The notes beneath the pieces are model-generated. The model worked only from the letters and a program-made list of their open reading frames with translations. It was not told where the DNA came from and ran no database searches. Made by a program: the position numbers and the translations under genes. From Laetmonice hystrix (taxonomy: Eukaryota): a stretch of DNA of 64,000 nucleotides. Positions 1 to 12,259 of this stretch are shown here, piece after piece. Every line of letters begins with the position of its first letter. The first letter of the stretch is position 1. The stretch is from contig OZ249442.1 of assembly GCA_965235115.1 (NCBI GenBank), positions 19,840,001 through 19,904,000 of the forward strand. Direction: 5' to 3'.

Positions 1-595
1 GTGATTCATTGTGGGTACCTGGCCTGGTGAGTAGTGATTCACTGTGGGTACCTGGCCTGGTGAGTAGTGATTCATTGTGGGTACCTGGCCTGGTCAGTAG
101 TGATTCATTGTGGGTACCTGGCCTGGTCAGTAGTGATTCATTGTGGGTACCTGGCCTGGTCAGTAGTGATTCATGGTGGGTGCCTGGCCTGGTCAGTAGT
201 GATTCATTGTGGGTACCTGACCTGGTCAGTAGTGATTCATTGTGAGTACCTGGCCTGGTCAGTAGTGATTCATGGTGGGTGCCTGGCCTGGTCAGTAGTG
301 ATTGATTGTGGGTACCTGGCCTGGTCAGTAGTGATTCATTGTGGGTGCCTGGCCTGGTCAGTAGTGATTGATTGTGGGTACCTGGCCTGGTCAGTAGTGA
401 TTCATTGTGGGTACCTGGCCTGGTCAGTAGTGATTCATTGTGGGTACCTGGCCTGGTCAGTAGTGATTCATTGTGGGTACCTGGCCTGGTCAGTAGTGAT
501 TCATTGTGGGTACCTGGCCTGGTCAGTAGTGATTCATTGTGGGTACCTGGCCTGGTCAGTAGTGATTGATTGTGGGTACCTGGCCTGGTCAGTAT
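1..595. repeat. 33-bp minisatellite, about 18 copies, runs off the window start
   Basis: Unit GTGATTCATTGTGGGTACCTGGCCTGGTCAGTA repeated with few variants (GAG/CAG, TTG/TGG). It explains the ORFs at 9-245, 67-666 and 372-569. Confidence 0.97.
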
Positions 596-1934
596 TGATT
601 CCGGTCGCCCTGGAGAGGGGGCAGCAGCTTCCCGAGGATTCTCCAAGTTGCCGCAGACCAGCTTGAGACTCCAGCATGTAGCAAGCGTTAGAACTGTGAA
701 CACAGTCAGCTTGGCACTGTGATTGACAGTTAATCAGGATTTGAGTATTCCACATTCTGAGTTGGCATCATTGCCATCATATGGCGTACACACACAACAC
801 CAGACAACTTCTGGCTGGGAAGAATCAATAAATTCTCTCTTTCACGGACGACATTCCAGTTCCTCTGTCACCAACAATGTTTTAACTTTGCCCGACAAGC
901 AGACTCTGTCGCCAGGCAACAGTTTATTATTCTTATCTCAGAGTTTCCTGTTTGAAGGTCCTTTCGTCTGTTCAGAGTTATTTTTTTCTCATGTAGCTGA
1001 TAAGAGGTTTTGCCTTGACTTTACGTTGTCGAACTAGATCCTCGGGAGCTGGCACGGTGGTTGTCAGCGATCTAGATGCAAATCTTTGTCTCATTTCATC
1101 ACCGGAAATTCTGGCGTCTTTGTGCATCGATTGATACACGAAAACCGTCTCAAGTGTTGTTGAATAAAACAAGCATTGAACAATTGAGTATCATTGTGTT
1201 AGCCAACAAAACGTGTTAACATCGCCGCCGCCGGCCAGGATATGGCTTAGCTGTAATGCGGCAAAAATAGACAGAGCCGCCACTCCCGGTAGACAGAGCC
1301 GCTGCTCCAGTAAAGTGCCACTTTCCCCTCCGGCACCGTCTTTGAACTGCATTTTTCACAGCGCATAAATTTTCATGATCTCACTAATCGTCGGAGGGAA
1401 TCCATACCTGGCGTCAAGAGGCCCGATTCAATGCTTGGCTCGTCTCTTCGCAAAGGATAAAAAATCATATCAAAGCCTTGCTGGGTTTTCGGCCAGGGAT
1501 TGTTATGATATGGCTATAGAGACGCTGCAAATGCTTTCGACGGATCTTAAGATGTATTTCTCCGATTAAAACAAAAGTTTCGCGGAAGATTATTTCCAAA
1601 CAGCGAGTGAAATTATCCTCTTAGAGCCACAAAGTAACAGGCATGCTTATTGTTGGGCATGAGTGGGGACTCGTACCTGCGGTGTTTTACAGTTGCTGAA
1701 AGGATGAAGCGTGTTGGCGGCACTTTGATGGATTGATATTTGTGTGCGAGTGCCGGTGGCGCTTGCCGGGATGAGGCGCTGCTGGTCATGGCAGCACCTC
1801 CGTCTGTGTCGGGAGCTCTCCCCCTCTGTGGTACATCTCCACGAAATCTGTGGGTAAGAAATAAAAATCTGTATCCTTAACTTACTCCTATAGCCCCGGC
1901 CCCTGGACCTCTAAAAATACTTAGCATATCCCTT

Positions 1935-2302
1935 TCCTGGACCCCGTACCCCTGCTCGTAACCCCTACTCCTGCTCCTAACCCCTGCACCCAACCCCCAC
2001 CCCTACTCCTAACCCCTACCCCTACTCCTAACCCCAACCCCTACTCCTAACCCCTACCCCTACTCCTAACCCTACCCCTACTCCTAACCCCTACCCCTAC
2101 TCCTAACCCCAACCCCTAACCCCTACCCCTACTCCTAACCCCTACCCCTACTCCTAACCCTACCCCTACTCCTAACCCCTACCCCTACTCCTAACCCCAA
2201 CCCCTACTCCTAACCCCAACCCCTACTCCTAACCCCTACCCCTACTCCTAACCCTACCCCTACTCCTAACCCTACCCCTGCTTCTAAATAACCCCTACCC
2301 CC
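1935..2302. repeat. Telomere-like C-rich hexamer-variant tract (about 19-bp superunit ACCCCT-ACCCCT-ACTCCT-A)
   Basis: Repeats of CCCCTA, CCCCAA and CTCCTAA with occasional CCCTAA. The minus strand reads TAGGGG/TTAGGAG and can form G4. Confidence 0.85.
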
Positions 2303-3249
2303 GATTCTGTGTGAATGTTACCATAACGGAACAAGCTCTGTTTTCCCAGGTCCCAGACTGTCTTATGGCGGCCGGCGGAGACTGTCATTTAAACTTTACC
2401 AAATCGCTCCAAGGGCATCATTTGGTTTGATTAATGAGTGAAGGTATAAGGGGAGGTAAGACGATATGAACAGGAGTAACAAAATAATGTGATACAATCA
2501 TGTGGTTTTGTAGGTCAAGTCTGGCAGATATATAGGTCTACTTCCGGTTTGTAAGATGTGTAAGAGACGTAGAGTTTGTCCGTATATATAATATATTATA
2601 GGGTGATATTATCATGGAGATGTTCTTTATGAACAATTGAGGGTACAGAAAGCATAGTGGAAGATCGTTTCTGAAATTCTGAACTGATTCTAGGATAACT
2701 GGGGGAATCATGATAAACATAGATCTACGACCACGCTCAGATCAACACTGCTGACTTTAAGGACGTATTTCAATATTCCTGACCCACACCTGACCGTGAA
2801 GTCTAACAAATGTCCAGAGACCAAAGGTGTCCATGTTGAACACCGATGTGGCGGTGGCTGTGCCTGTAGGGCCATCCTGTGAACCATGAGGGTGGCCATC
2901 ATGTTGACAGTGTTTGTATAATGAGTGCGGATCTTGTTGTGGCCCGAGGAGGGATCTGAACCAGAAACTGCCGCCACCGTCATGGATGACAATGTATAAC
3001 ACTGTCAGAATTCATTGAGGCTCTGGGCGGATCGGACGAGTCCAGAGTCTGGGCCGACAACATGTGGGGCCAATTAACAGGCATGTGTTTCTTCAACACA
3101 AACACTGCAGAATCTTGGCCTGAATGGCCTCAGGATCCGTCATCATCCGCCTTTAAGGTCACAAGGTTTCTTAATTTATTCGGCTATAGTGGCTAGTATT
3201 ATAATGAGTATGTTGTTGCTCTTTGTCCTATATGATGGATTCCTTTAGT

Positions 3250-3680
3250 GCAGGTGTAAATATAGGACTTCGTTTGAATAGAGGTGTTTTAAATGTGACC
3301 CAGGAAGGTCACCGTGGACCCAGAGATACAACGATCTGCTAAGGTGGCCCACCTAAACACGTTGTACACAATGTAAATACAATTGATACTGTGTTCGACA
3401 TAAGAGGTTGACCTTCAACATTTTGTCTAATTCTTCTTGCAGTCTCTAAGAAACTCGTAACATGAACCTGTGCTGTTTCAGCAGCATATAAAACAACTTG
3501 AAATGTTTTTACCCCCTCCTTGATTGTGATCAAGACAAAAGCAAGCCACCCCAAATGTTCCATGTCACTGCCAAGCCAACCCGACAGCGCCAGTTTTTAG
3601 AGCGCTCTCCTCGATTATCAAGCACTCATTCAACCACTTGGTGAAGGCCTCAGCTCTCCTCAACTCTCGACACTGCCGCT
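3250..3680 (-). mobile_element. Possible heavily decayed non-LTR RT fragment
   Basis: Minus-strand translation gives, in order, GELRPSP (cf. QGE.LSP), VVLYAAET (cf. LYADDT) and VTFLGHI (cf. YLGHI), with frame breaks. Motif resemblance only. Confidence 0.3.
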
Positions 3681-5569
3681 GACTTCTCCAACTGATGAAT
3701 GGCCACCGGGGCCCGGCAGGACACGCCAGATACTGACAAAGTGGCCACATAATTTTCTCTCAAGGAGCCGAATAAAATGCCTGTAAAACAAGCCGCCAAC
3801 CAGCCAGCCGGGTGTAGGACCATACAGTCCCGGGCCGACGTTGCGCTTCTCTTTGCTGATCTGTTTTTGAAATCTGGCCTGCCTTGTCACGTGTTTGGTC
3901 CTCGTCCTGACACACCCAACCCTTGAGCCTCACGATCTGCGCGCCAGATCGCCAGCAGCCGCCGCCAGTGGTTTATATTTACTGATTACTGAACGGATTG
4001 AAAAACAGGCGGCGACTTGCATGTTGTGGACGTGTGTGGGGGACTGGAAGGAAACAACTCCACCGACCGAGGCTCTTCAGTTAACATCAGTTTTAGTTAT
4101 TTGTAGGAGCATTTCTCAAAAACAAAGGAAGGGGCATGTAGACGGTTCGTGTTGTGTACAGGAATGTAGTTATGTTGACACTGATACGTGTGACCTCTGT
4201 CAGAGTTCTTGTTGGTGGTAAATCTATTCAACATTTCTCGACACGTTTGTGGAGATTCAGGTTGTAAAACGCATGCTGTATCATTTACAAGCAGGAGATT
4301 CTACAATGCGGAGCATTAACAAAATCTAAAGAAGATAAAGAATATATTTCGGATTGTACCTGTATGTATAGCATGACCTATAGATGTAAATGATCTGTCC
4401 TTGAGTTGGGTGTGGCAACCAGAGAGTTGAGGCTCTTCTGGAGCCACTGCCTCCTGCTCTGTCCGCCAGGTGGCCTCTGTCATCAGCCGCCCCTCCACCT
4501 CGTGTGGTCAGCGGACACGTCCCGCTCCTGGTGGTCTCCGAGTGGACACGGGGTTCAGACTGAGTGACCACACACTGACCATCGTGAGGGAACTGGAAGG
4601 GGAAATACTCGACTCCCGCTCCAGGTGATCCAGGCTGGATTTATGGCAACGTTAACGGCCAATTGGAAGCGATTTACGAGGAATTTCTGTAATCAGAATA
4701 AAAAAGGGAACAAAAGTAGATAACAAGACTGCGGAGCCCTGGGCCGCCCTGGGCCGCCCTGGGTCGACCTGGTACATAGGGGCGCTCCTGCCCAGGGTGA
4801 TACACAACCGTGTTAACATGACACGGCACCCGGCCTGGAGACGGTCCTGTCGTGATGGGGAAAACATATGTTGACCGATCCTGTACTACACTCCCCTACT
4901 CGACCTTTACTTCATGCTCAACTCTCGTAACATGTCATTCCATACTAATGCTTTAAACACCCGAGAGTTGGGTAGGATAACCCTTGAAACCATTCTATAT
5001 GACGTAAACATACTATACCCCACTTTAGGGTCCCAAAGAGGGTAGAAGTATGTGCACCCTGGCGTACATCTTAAAGGGTGATTCCACAGACTGCCCCCGG
5101 CCGCTGGCCCCGGGAGCATTCATTGTTGGGGTATATATATAAAGAATTGCCAACACGTTGTTGACAGTTTTCCGCCAGCGGACCGGAGGTGATATCATAC
5201 GTATGTATCAAGGTTGTCATTCTACCGCAGACGTTATCTTTCTCATGTCACGTGAATGGATTCTGGAAACTGTCCGCCAGGAGACAGTGTAACCTTATCA
5301 CGGAGGGACCTTTCAACAATTTATCAATTGGAGGTGAATATGATGGCTTAATGTATTGTTTTTGACAGGCAGTAATTAACAAGGCAGTTATTAGTACGTG
5401 CGGTGCGGCGGGGAGCTGGACAGTGTTCCGGTGAGGGTGACGGCTTGATTAAGGGGTAATTACAAGGCCTAGGGCTTGTCCGTTAGAACTGGTGGAAACC
5501 TAGCCAGCATGTATGGGAGTCAAGAGGGGTGGGGTGGGGGTGATGACCTTCAGTGGTTTCCTGGTGCCC

Positions 5570-5755
5570 TGGTAGCCAAATGTCTGGGTGGACCAGTTTT
5601 CCTGGTGTTCTGATGGACTGATGTCTTGATGGGCAAGTTTTTCTAGTGCTCTGATGGACTGATGTCTTGATGTACACGTTTTTCTGGTGTTCTGATACCC
5701 AAATGTCTGGGTAGACAAACTTTCCAGGTGCTGTGATAGTCTGATGTCTGGGCAG
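5570..5755. repeat. Degenerate about 41-bp tandem repeat, about 4 copies
   Basis: CTGATGGACTGATGTCTTGATG at 5610 and 5651. The flanking units share CCAAATGTCTGGGT and CTGGTGTTCTGAT. Confidence 0.8.
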
Positions 5756-5956
5756 TCAACAATATTTCATGATACTCTTTATTAGAATATCCTGATGTCT
5801 GGAGAACAAGACACTGTCATCGTTGTTTCGTACCCTGATGACATAAGGCCGTGTACCCCCCTGACCACTGGACATGGGACGAGTTCATAGTTCAGGGCAA
5901 GGGGTGGGGTAACGGATGAGGGTGTAGATCACTGAGGATCGACTCAAGGCGTTACC

Positions 5957-5981
5957 CCCTGACCCAGGGGTCAGGGGTCAA
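5957..5981. promoter_or_regulatory. Perfect 10-bp-arm palindrome overlapping a DR1-type nuclear-receptor motif
   Basis: CCCCTGACCC-AG-GGGTCAGGGG, with GGGTCA-G-GGGTCA at 5969-5981. Motif only; function untested. Confidence 0.35.
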
Positions 5982-6384
5982 CGTCTTGGCCGAATTCATA
6001 AATACTTCAGTAAATGACTTTGTACCTCCTTACGGAGTCTTTGTGGGGTGGGGTGGGGGTTGAGTCGCCTTGATAGCGATGGGATTTAGTAGGGGTTACA
6101 TGTATTCCCCCATGGAGCAGATCTAGAGCCAGGTTGTCAGGGGCGAGGGCGTTTACCATTGCAGATAAACTATAGTAGTAGATATAGTTTTCCTGGCGGA
6201 CACTCCATGGTCAGTGGGTGGTCGGCCGGTGTCCATCCAGTGGTCAGTTGCTGGTCAGCAAGTGGTCACACTCCCTACCTACCCTACGGCGGCCGAGTAT
6301 CTTCATAAACACTCACCTGTCACCCGGACCAAAGATATTCCTGCTACAACTCGTGCCCCTAAAGGGCGCTACTAGGTGGCCCCC

Positions 6385-6397
6385 TGACCTCTGACCT
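6385..6397 (-). promoter_or_regulatory. Consensus DR1 element (AGGTCA-G-AGGTCA)
   Basis: TGACCTCTGACCT on the plus strand. Motif only. Confidence 0.35.
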
Positions 6398-8617
6398 TGA
6401 TATCGGGTCAGCTAGCTCGGGATGGACGGAGGCTGGGTCGGGGAAGCACGCAGCCGTTGACCTCCAGGCCATTCTGACACAGTTGTTGGCATGGGGAAAC
6501 AGAATCAGCTTTGTGGTTGGCCATTTGTCACTCACTTGGTAAAGTGACCAATCAACAAGGCTGTCTCATTAGGAGCGATAAGGTCAGGCCTCCTCAACAA
6601 GCTTGGCCTGATGAATGGCATCTTTTAAACGCATATTTTTTTCTAATTATGCGCTAGGTGTAGAGTATGGCGAGGCTGTCGAGGTGCTTCACAAGGATGC
6701 TCTTGTCCTATCTCCGTGTACCTCAAGGTCATAGTGTCAGACTGAAGGTTAGAAGTAGTTTGACCCAGGAACAACTTTGAGTTAACATCACGTTCATGAC
6801 TAATGTCGAACGGTTGGAACGGATTTGGTTACCCTCGTGAAAAGAAAAGTGTGTTGACTAAGTATAGATTCACTTTAATGCGTATTTTATATACACATCC
6901 CCTGTATTATCGGTTATCTTGGCCATGAGTGAACGGCTTTATTTATTTTAGTATTTTGACTGTTAATTAAACAATCACCCAGGTGTATGTGACTTAGCAA
7001 TCAGACTGTGGGGGGGGGATTACCCAGGCAAAGGGTAAATAATGTATTACAGCCGTGTCAATCAACCCATTGCTTGATTATAAATACTTATATCACACCC
7101 TGTACAATGTTAGCATTGTTGTCGCTAATTATTATACTGTTAACTGGGCAATCCTGACACTTCACAAAATCGTCATTTAGAGTTATTTAAACTTTTACGT
7201 CATGTGCATGGATGTCACTTTCAAAACTTTTACAACTTATAGCGTTATCCTGGATAGACCCGTACCATCAGACCTTGACATCTCCCTGGTTTGTCACAGA
7301 GAGCCCTATTTGTTTTGTTTCAAGGTCACCGTTGGTTTATACCAGTTACATTCAGCGTATATGAACTATACCCTCTCACATATTGGCAGCACAGGGACTG
7401 GAGTCTATTGTGTAATCTAGCTGACCATCCCAACCATGCTGTAACCCCCACAACGACGAGTAACAATCAATGCTATCCAAGCTGCGAGCTAGTGTTCAGA
7501 CATGTTGACGAGTTATATTTCAGATGACAGGAGAAGTATGAATGGCTGACACCAGACGTATTTGTTGTGGCACCATTAGAAAGCAGGCGTGCTCATGATG
7601 CGTTTCATGCGGGCAGATGAACAATGTCTCTTGTCCGCCGAATGGAAACTACAAAAATCCCGGCGAATTTGTTCGACGCGTGTTGTGTCGATGTTCGACA
7701 CATGAGTCATTTTGTTGGGGGCTGTGCGGCCATGCTTGGCCACGGATTGATCACTGTTCTGTGTGCCTAATGGCTGGCCGCCAGCCTGGTGCCAACGCTC
7801 CCCCCTTCACTTCCACCGATTGTCTCCCAGATTTGTCAGGAAGGACGGCTATAGAAATCCTCTGGAAAGTCCGTTGTGGCGGGGTGACTTGCATTATGTG
7901 GGAAGTATTGACAAGAGTGGGCTGGGTATTAAGTGGGAATTTGATCGGATAGAACGAAGCATACGGCACGGGCCCCCACTGAAACATTGTCAGCCCCCAC
8001 AGAGGGCAAAATTGCCGCTTCAGCGTTATTTAAATATGGATCGATTGGCATAACAGTCTGAATTCATCAGTGGGTAAATTGCCCCTTGATCGAGGCGGGC
8101 CTGAAAGGAGCAGAAAATCGTAAACCCAGCCGCCGCAGAGCTCATTGTGCCCGGTTATTGGAAAATTATTCGCAACACTTGTGCATGTGGCAATTTAATA
8201 ATTGAGTGGTGACAAAGTAAGTCAGGAATAATCCTGTGTGTTTGAGGTTGTTCCTAGACCGAGTAGATACACGCGCTGGAGCCTGATGCTGACTATTGAT
8301 GGCAAATAAGCCACCTTTGTGCAGGCCTAAATGAAAATGAGGAAAATCTATAGTGGTATTAGTCAAGGATTGGGCAATTGTTATTGGGCTTTAGAATGGA
8401 GGTGTCGGCAGTGGAAAGAGTCGGGAAGAGCAGCAGTGAAAGGCAGCCATTGACATTTGTCATTAGCCTTGTCGTTCGTACCTGGCAAATGTTTACCTTT
8501 CATTGTCGTTGGTTCTCATAATGGCTACATTGTCAACAGCCATGATGCGGCCACTGTTGGAGGCATACAGTCACGGCACGGGGCACAATGTGTGGTACAA
8601 CTAGCTGAGGCCGACTC

Positions 8618-8730
8618 ATGACTACCTATATACTCACGATCGCCGACTTACGATCACCTATATCACTATCACTGACTTACGATCACCTACTCACGACCAC
8701 CTATACTCACGATCACCGACACTATATCAG
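8618..8730. repeat. Short irregular repeat built on TACTCACGATCACC / TTACGATCACCTA
   Basis: Five to six reiterations of ACGATCACC or ACGACCACC with variable linkers. Confidence 0.7.
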
Positions 8731-11700
8731 ATACTTTACTGTCTTCCAACCACTGACATACGATAGAAGGGATCAGAATTCGCATTATTAATAAAAAGTT
8801 GGACACCAGACGACGACCATTGACTGATACAAGTCGAGTGACGCCAACAAGCATCGTTTCCTGTATTAATCCTCGTTGCTGCTCGGCCACAGTTCGGCTT
8901 CCACCAGAGGACTGCACAAAGAAGCGAACCGACCCGAGTTATGGACGCTCGGTGGATGTCCAAAGCTCTGCCCATAACGGATGACTGGGGCTGGATGGCA
9001 GCGATTCCCCGATGTGCCCACGGCTTTTCTACCCCTCTGCCCCCGCCATTCGTTTGGCTCTTTGAAGCTTTTATGGCGACTCAAGTAGTGAATTATCGTG
9101 GATTACAGAGCAGTCGTCTCCAGCTCGGTAACATGTATTAATAGGTAGAATTGCATGTTACGATCGCAAAGCATGGAGCCCAGACATTGAATCATGTGAT
9201 TTGGCAAGGGTTCCATTTCATATAGCTATAAATGTGTAAGCTTGTTGTAACGGTCGAGTGCTTAGATCTGTGTGGCTTGCTCCACATGTGGCAGAGTATA
9301 GAGCTCTGCTGGCATAGAACATGGTCGTTCCCAGTTAACAACCATCTCCTGTTAATTGTTGTGATGAGTTATATGCTATCCACATACTGAGAGTGAGCAG
9401 TGTAGTAGTTGTAAAACATGGAGCTGTACATGGAACTGGTATCGGTGCAAATAGAAATCAAATGTTGCTTGTAATCATGGCCATTTGATTTGTTGTCACG
9501 AGTATGAGTTCATGGACATATTAACACAATTTCCAAACGGATTTTATATGAGTTGTTTTAAAAGGTCATATAAATAAAAACGTAACGCGGAAGGAAAACT
9601 GCACGGAATACAAGTAAATATCGCTTAGAATCACATTGAGTGGAACATGTCAGTTTACCAGTAGGGCCAAGGCCGCTTGTCCTCAATGTGCTTTGTTTGC
9701 TGTAAATACTGGCCACTGAACCGATGTCATGGAAATATTGACCTTCTAAGGGGGCATTATTTCCAGTGGCCATCTTCAGTCAGGACACTGGGCCATGGAA
9801 ATGCCCTCATTCAGATAGTTTTCAAGGGGATGATTTTTCTCAGGACCATGTCTGCTTGAACCTTTCAAGGGAGAATAATTCTGGGGGCCATTTGCTGTCA
9901 GGTTGATTCAGGTGAACCATTGGTCCAGTGACAATTCTATTACGGCCAGTAATTACCCTGATGAGTGCGGACGGTGAGGGGCCTGTATTAAACCGATCTA
10001 AGCGATGCTCAGCGTGGCGCACTAAATGGCACAGAATGTCATAATCAGCTGGGGAAATGGGGCCAGCCCCGGCGTTCTCACCCCGTTCTTCAGATGGCTG
10101 CGTTCTGGCTGCAACTCCTTTCGGCAAAGTAGCTGGCATCAATCCATCAGTATTGGACCTGTTTCATTTGGTTGTGGCGGGGTACCACCCAATCCCCGAC
10201 GGCCGTAGAGATTTGTTGTCTGCGTGTAAGTAGATGGTTTAGCACTTGTTTTACAGGCAAATACAAGCTTTTAGTCAGTGGTAGCATGGCTGCGCTCAGC
10301 CGCCAGCCACCCCCCAGGCTCCTAGAGCCAACGCATTCTTGCGGAAGCACGGGTCTCATTTAGGAGATTATATGGAAGATGGTACTTTCTGAAGCTTCAA
10401 TGGCCAGCCCGGTTATCTCCAGCGGGCATAATGCACGGTTTGCCAGGCGGCCAGGTATCGATCTCCGACAAATGTTTGGCATAATCTCCACCATTAAATC
10501 TCTCGGCGGCCGCTGTCCCCGACGCGGGGACGCAGGCAAGACGCTGGGATGTATGGGGGAATGGACGGCGTGACGGGCGTGGAGGGGGAGGGGGGTTGTT
10601 ATCGACGACCGCCAGGGCGCGGGGAGACGGGGTTGTGCATGGTTTGGCCGGGCGGCCAATGTCCGCTTAGAATCCCGACCGGTCGGCCGCCCCACTGACT
10701 GACTGCCCTCACCGCCGGTCAACGACAACCGGCATCATCGTCAGGGACACTCCGAATCTTTCTAGTCTCAACTAAATCAACTTGCTTTTCTTTATTTTTA
10801 TTCTGCTGGCGTCTCCTGTATAAATTGCTTTATTCGCCACATTTCTAGGAACTTGCATAATTAAAATGAGGACCACTAATTGAGATGGAATCAATGGTGT
10901 TTACAGCATTTTATTTTCAGCGAAAAATGTCCTGATCGGAAAATTATGTTTGAGAGACATCAACAAACTTCCAACCTGGAGTCTTGCTCAATCTTTGGTC
11001 TATCGTCGCTTGATCATACTGCATCCCCCCCTCTCGTCATTATCGGGACCGTCTCTTTTTAGGCGGAGATTGTGGAAGTGATGGAGATTGCAGAGAGATT
11101 AAAGGATCTGATGAGATAATCTCCTAACTGGTTGATAAGGATCCGCTTCCTCTTCGATCCTCTCCTTCCATGCAGTTTTCCCACAGAGTGTCCTTTTGAT
11201 GTTATAACTGTGAAAGGCTGGGGGTTGGGGAGGAGGGTAGGATGAGCAGGGAGGGGTGGTGTGGACAGGGGTGGAACGGCCTTAATATAACGGGAACGGA
11301 ATCAGTGTGCGACAGCTTCCGTGGAGTTAATATGGCTTTAGTGGAGAGTGGCTTCTCGAGGATAGCTTCGGTGGGGTGTGGCTTCCGTGATGGAATGCCT
11401 TCGGTCGTGAATGGCTTCAGTATGGTATGACGTCGGTGGGAGAATTAGGCCCAGAGTGACGGTGCCTTTAGGTTCAATAAAATGATGAAGGATATTGTGA
11501 CCTATAATGTGGCATGTTAACAATAATATACTGAACGGTAAGACAGTAGTACATTTCATAAACTACATATTCCCGGAGTGAAGATATACGAACTAATGAT
11601 GACATTATAATTAAAACTTCACTTATGACTCACTAATAACCCCAGTGCAATTATTGGATTCAGTCATTAGGGGAAGAATGCCTCATTTCAAATCCTGGAG

Positions 11701-11866
11701 GTATTTAAATAATGAGGTACTAGATGGGTGCCCTTCATCCAACCACGTGGGCTTCCAGCCGTGTGGTTGGGACCATGCCACTCATCCAGCCATGTAGTTG
11801 GGACCATGTCCCTCATCCAAGAATGTGGTTCGGACCTTCTTAGGAGTCTCTTTAGAGCTTATCTTA

Positions 11867-12259
11867 GCGTAAGGTGTGGCGTCATGCGGTAAGGTGTGGC
11901 GCCATGCGGTTAGGTGTGGCGTCATGCGTTAAGGTGTGGCGCCATGCGTTAAGGTGTGGCGCCATGCGGTTAGGTGTGGTGCCATGCGGTAAGGTGTGGC
12001 GCCATGCGGTAAGGTGTGGCGCCATGCGGTAAGATGTGGCGCCATGCGGTAAGGTGTAGCGTCATGCGGTAAGGTGTGGCGTCATGCTGTAAGGTGTGGC
12101 GCCATGCGGTAAGGTGTGGCGTCATGCGGTAAGGTGTGGCGCCATGCGGTAAGGTGTGGCGCCATGCAGCAAGTGTGGCGTCATGCGGTAAGGTGTGGCG
12201 TCATGCGGTAAGGTGTGGCGCCATGCGGCAAGGTGTGGCGCCATGCGGTAAGGTGTGGC
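11867..12259. repeat. 20-bp minisatellite, about 19-20 copies
   Basis: Unit GCGGTAAGGTGTGGCG(C/T)CAT. Confidence 0.96.

Noticed and set aside
2694-2883. Cys-containing plus frame ending HRCGGGCACRAIL* (cystine-knot-like)
   Set aside because: No start or good acceptor, too few conserved cysteines, and it lies next to a probable decayed LINE on the other strand.
6353-6376. Helitron 3' end (hairpin plus CTAG)
   Set aside because: The stem is only 6 bp, it sits 2 nt rather than about 10 nt from the CTAG, and the next base is G rather than the expected T. Kept only as part of a low-interest finding.
9955-10030. Hammerhead ribozyme (CTGATGA, stem, then an A-rich box); similar CTGATGA sites at 5836, 11107 and 38793 (minus)
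   Set aside because: Stem II here is followed by TAAA, not GAAA, and the other sites lack a stem II. No complete core, so no evidence for retrozymes.
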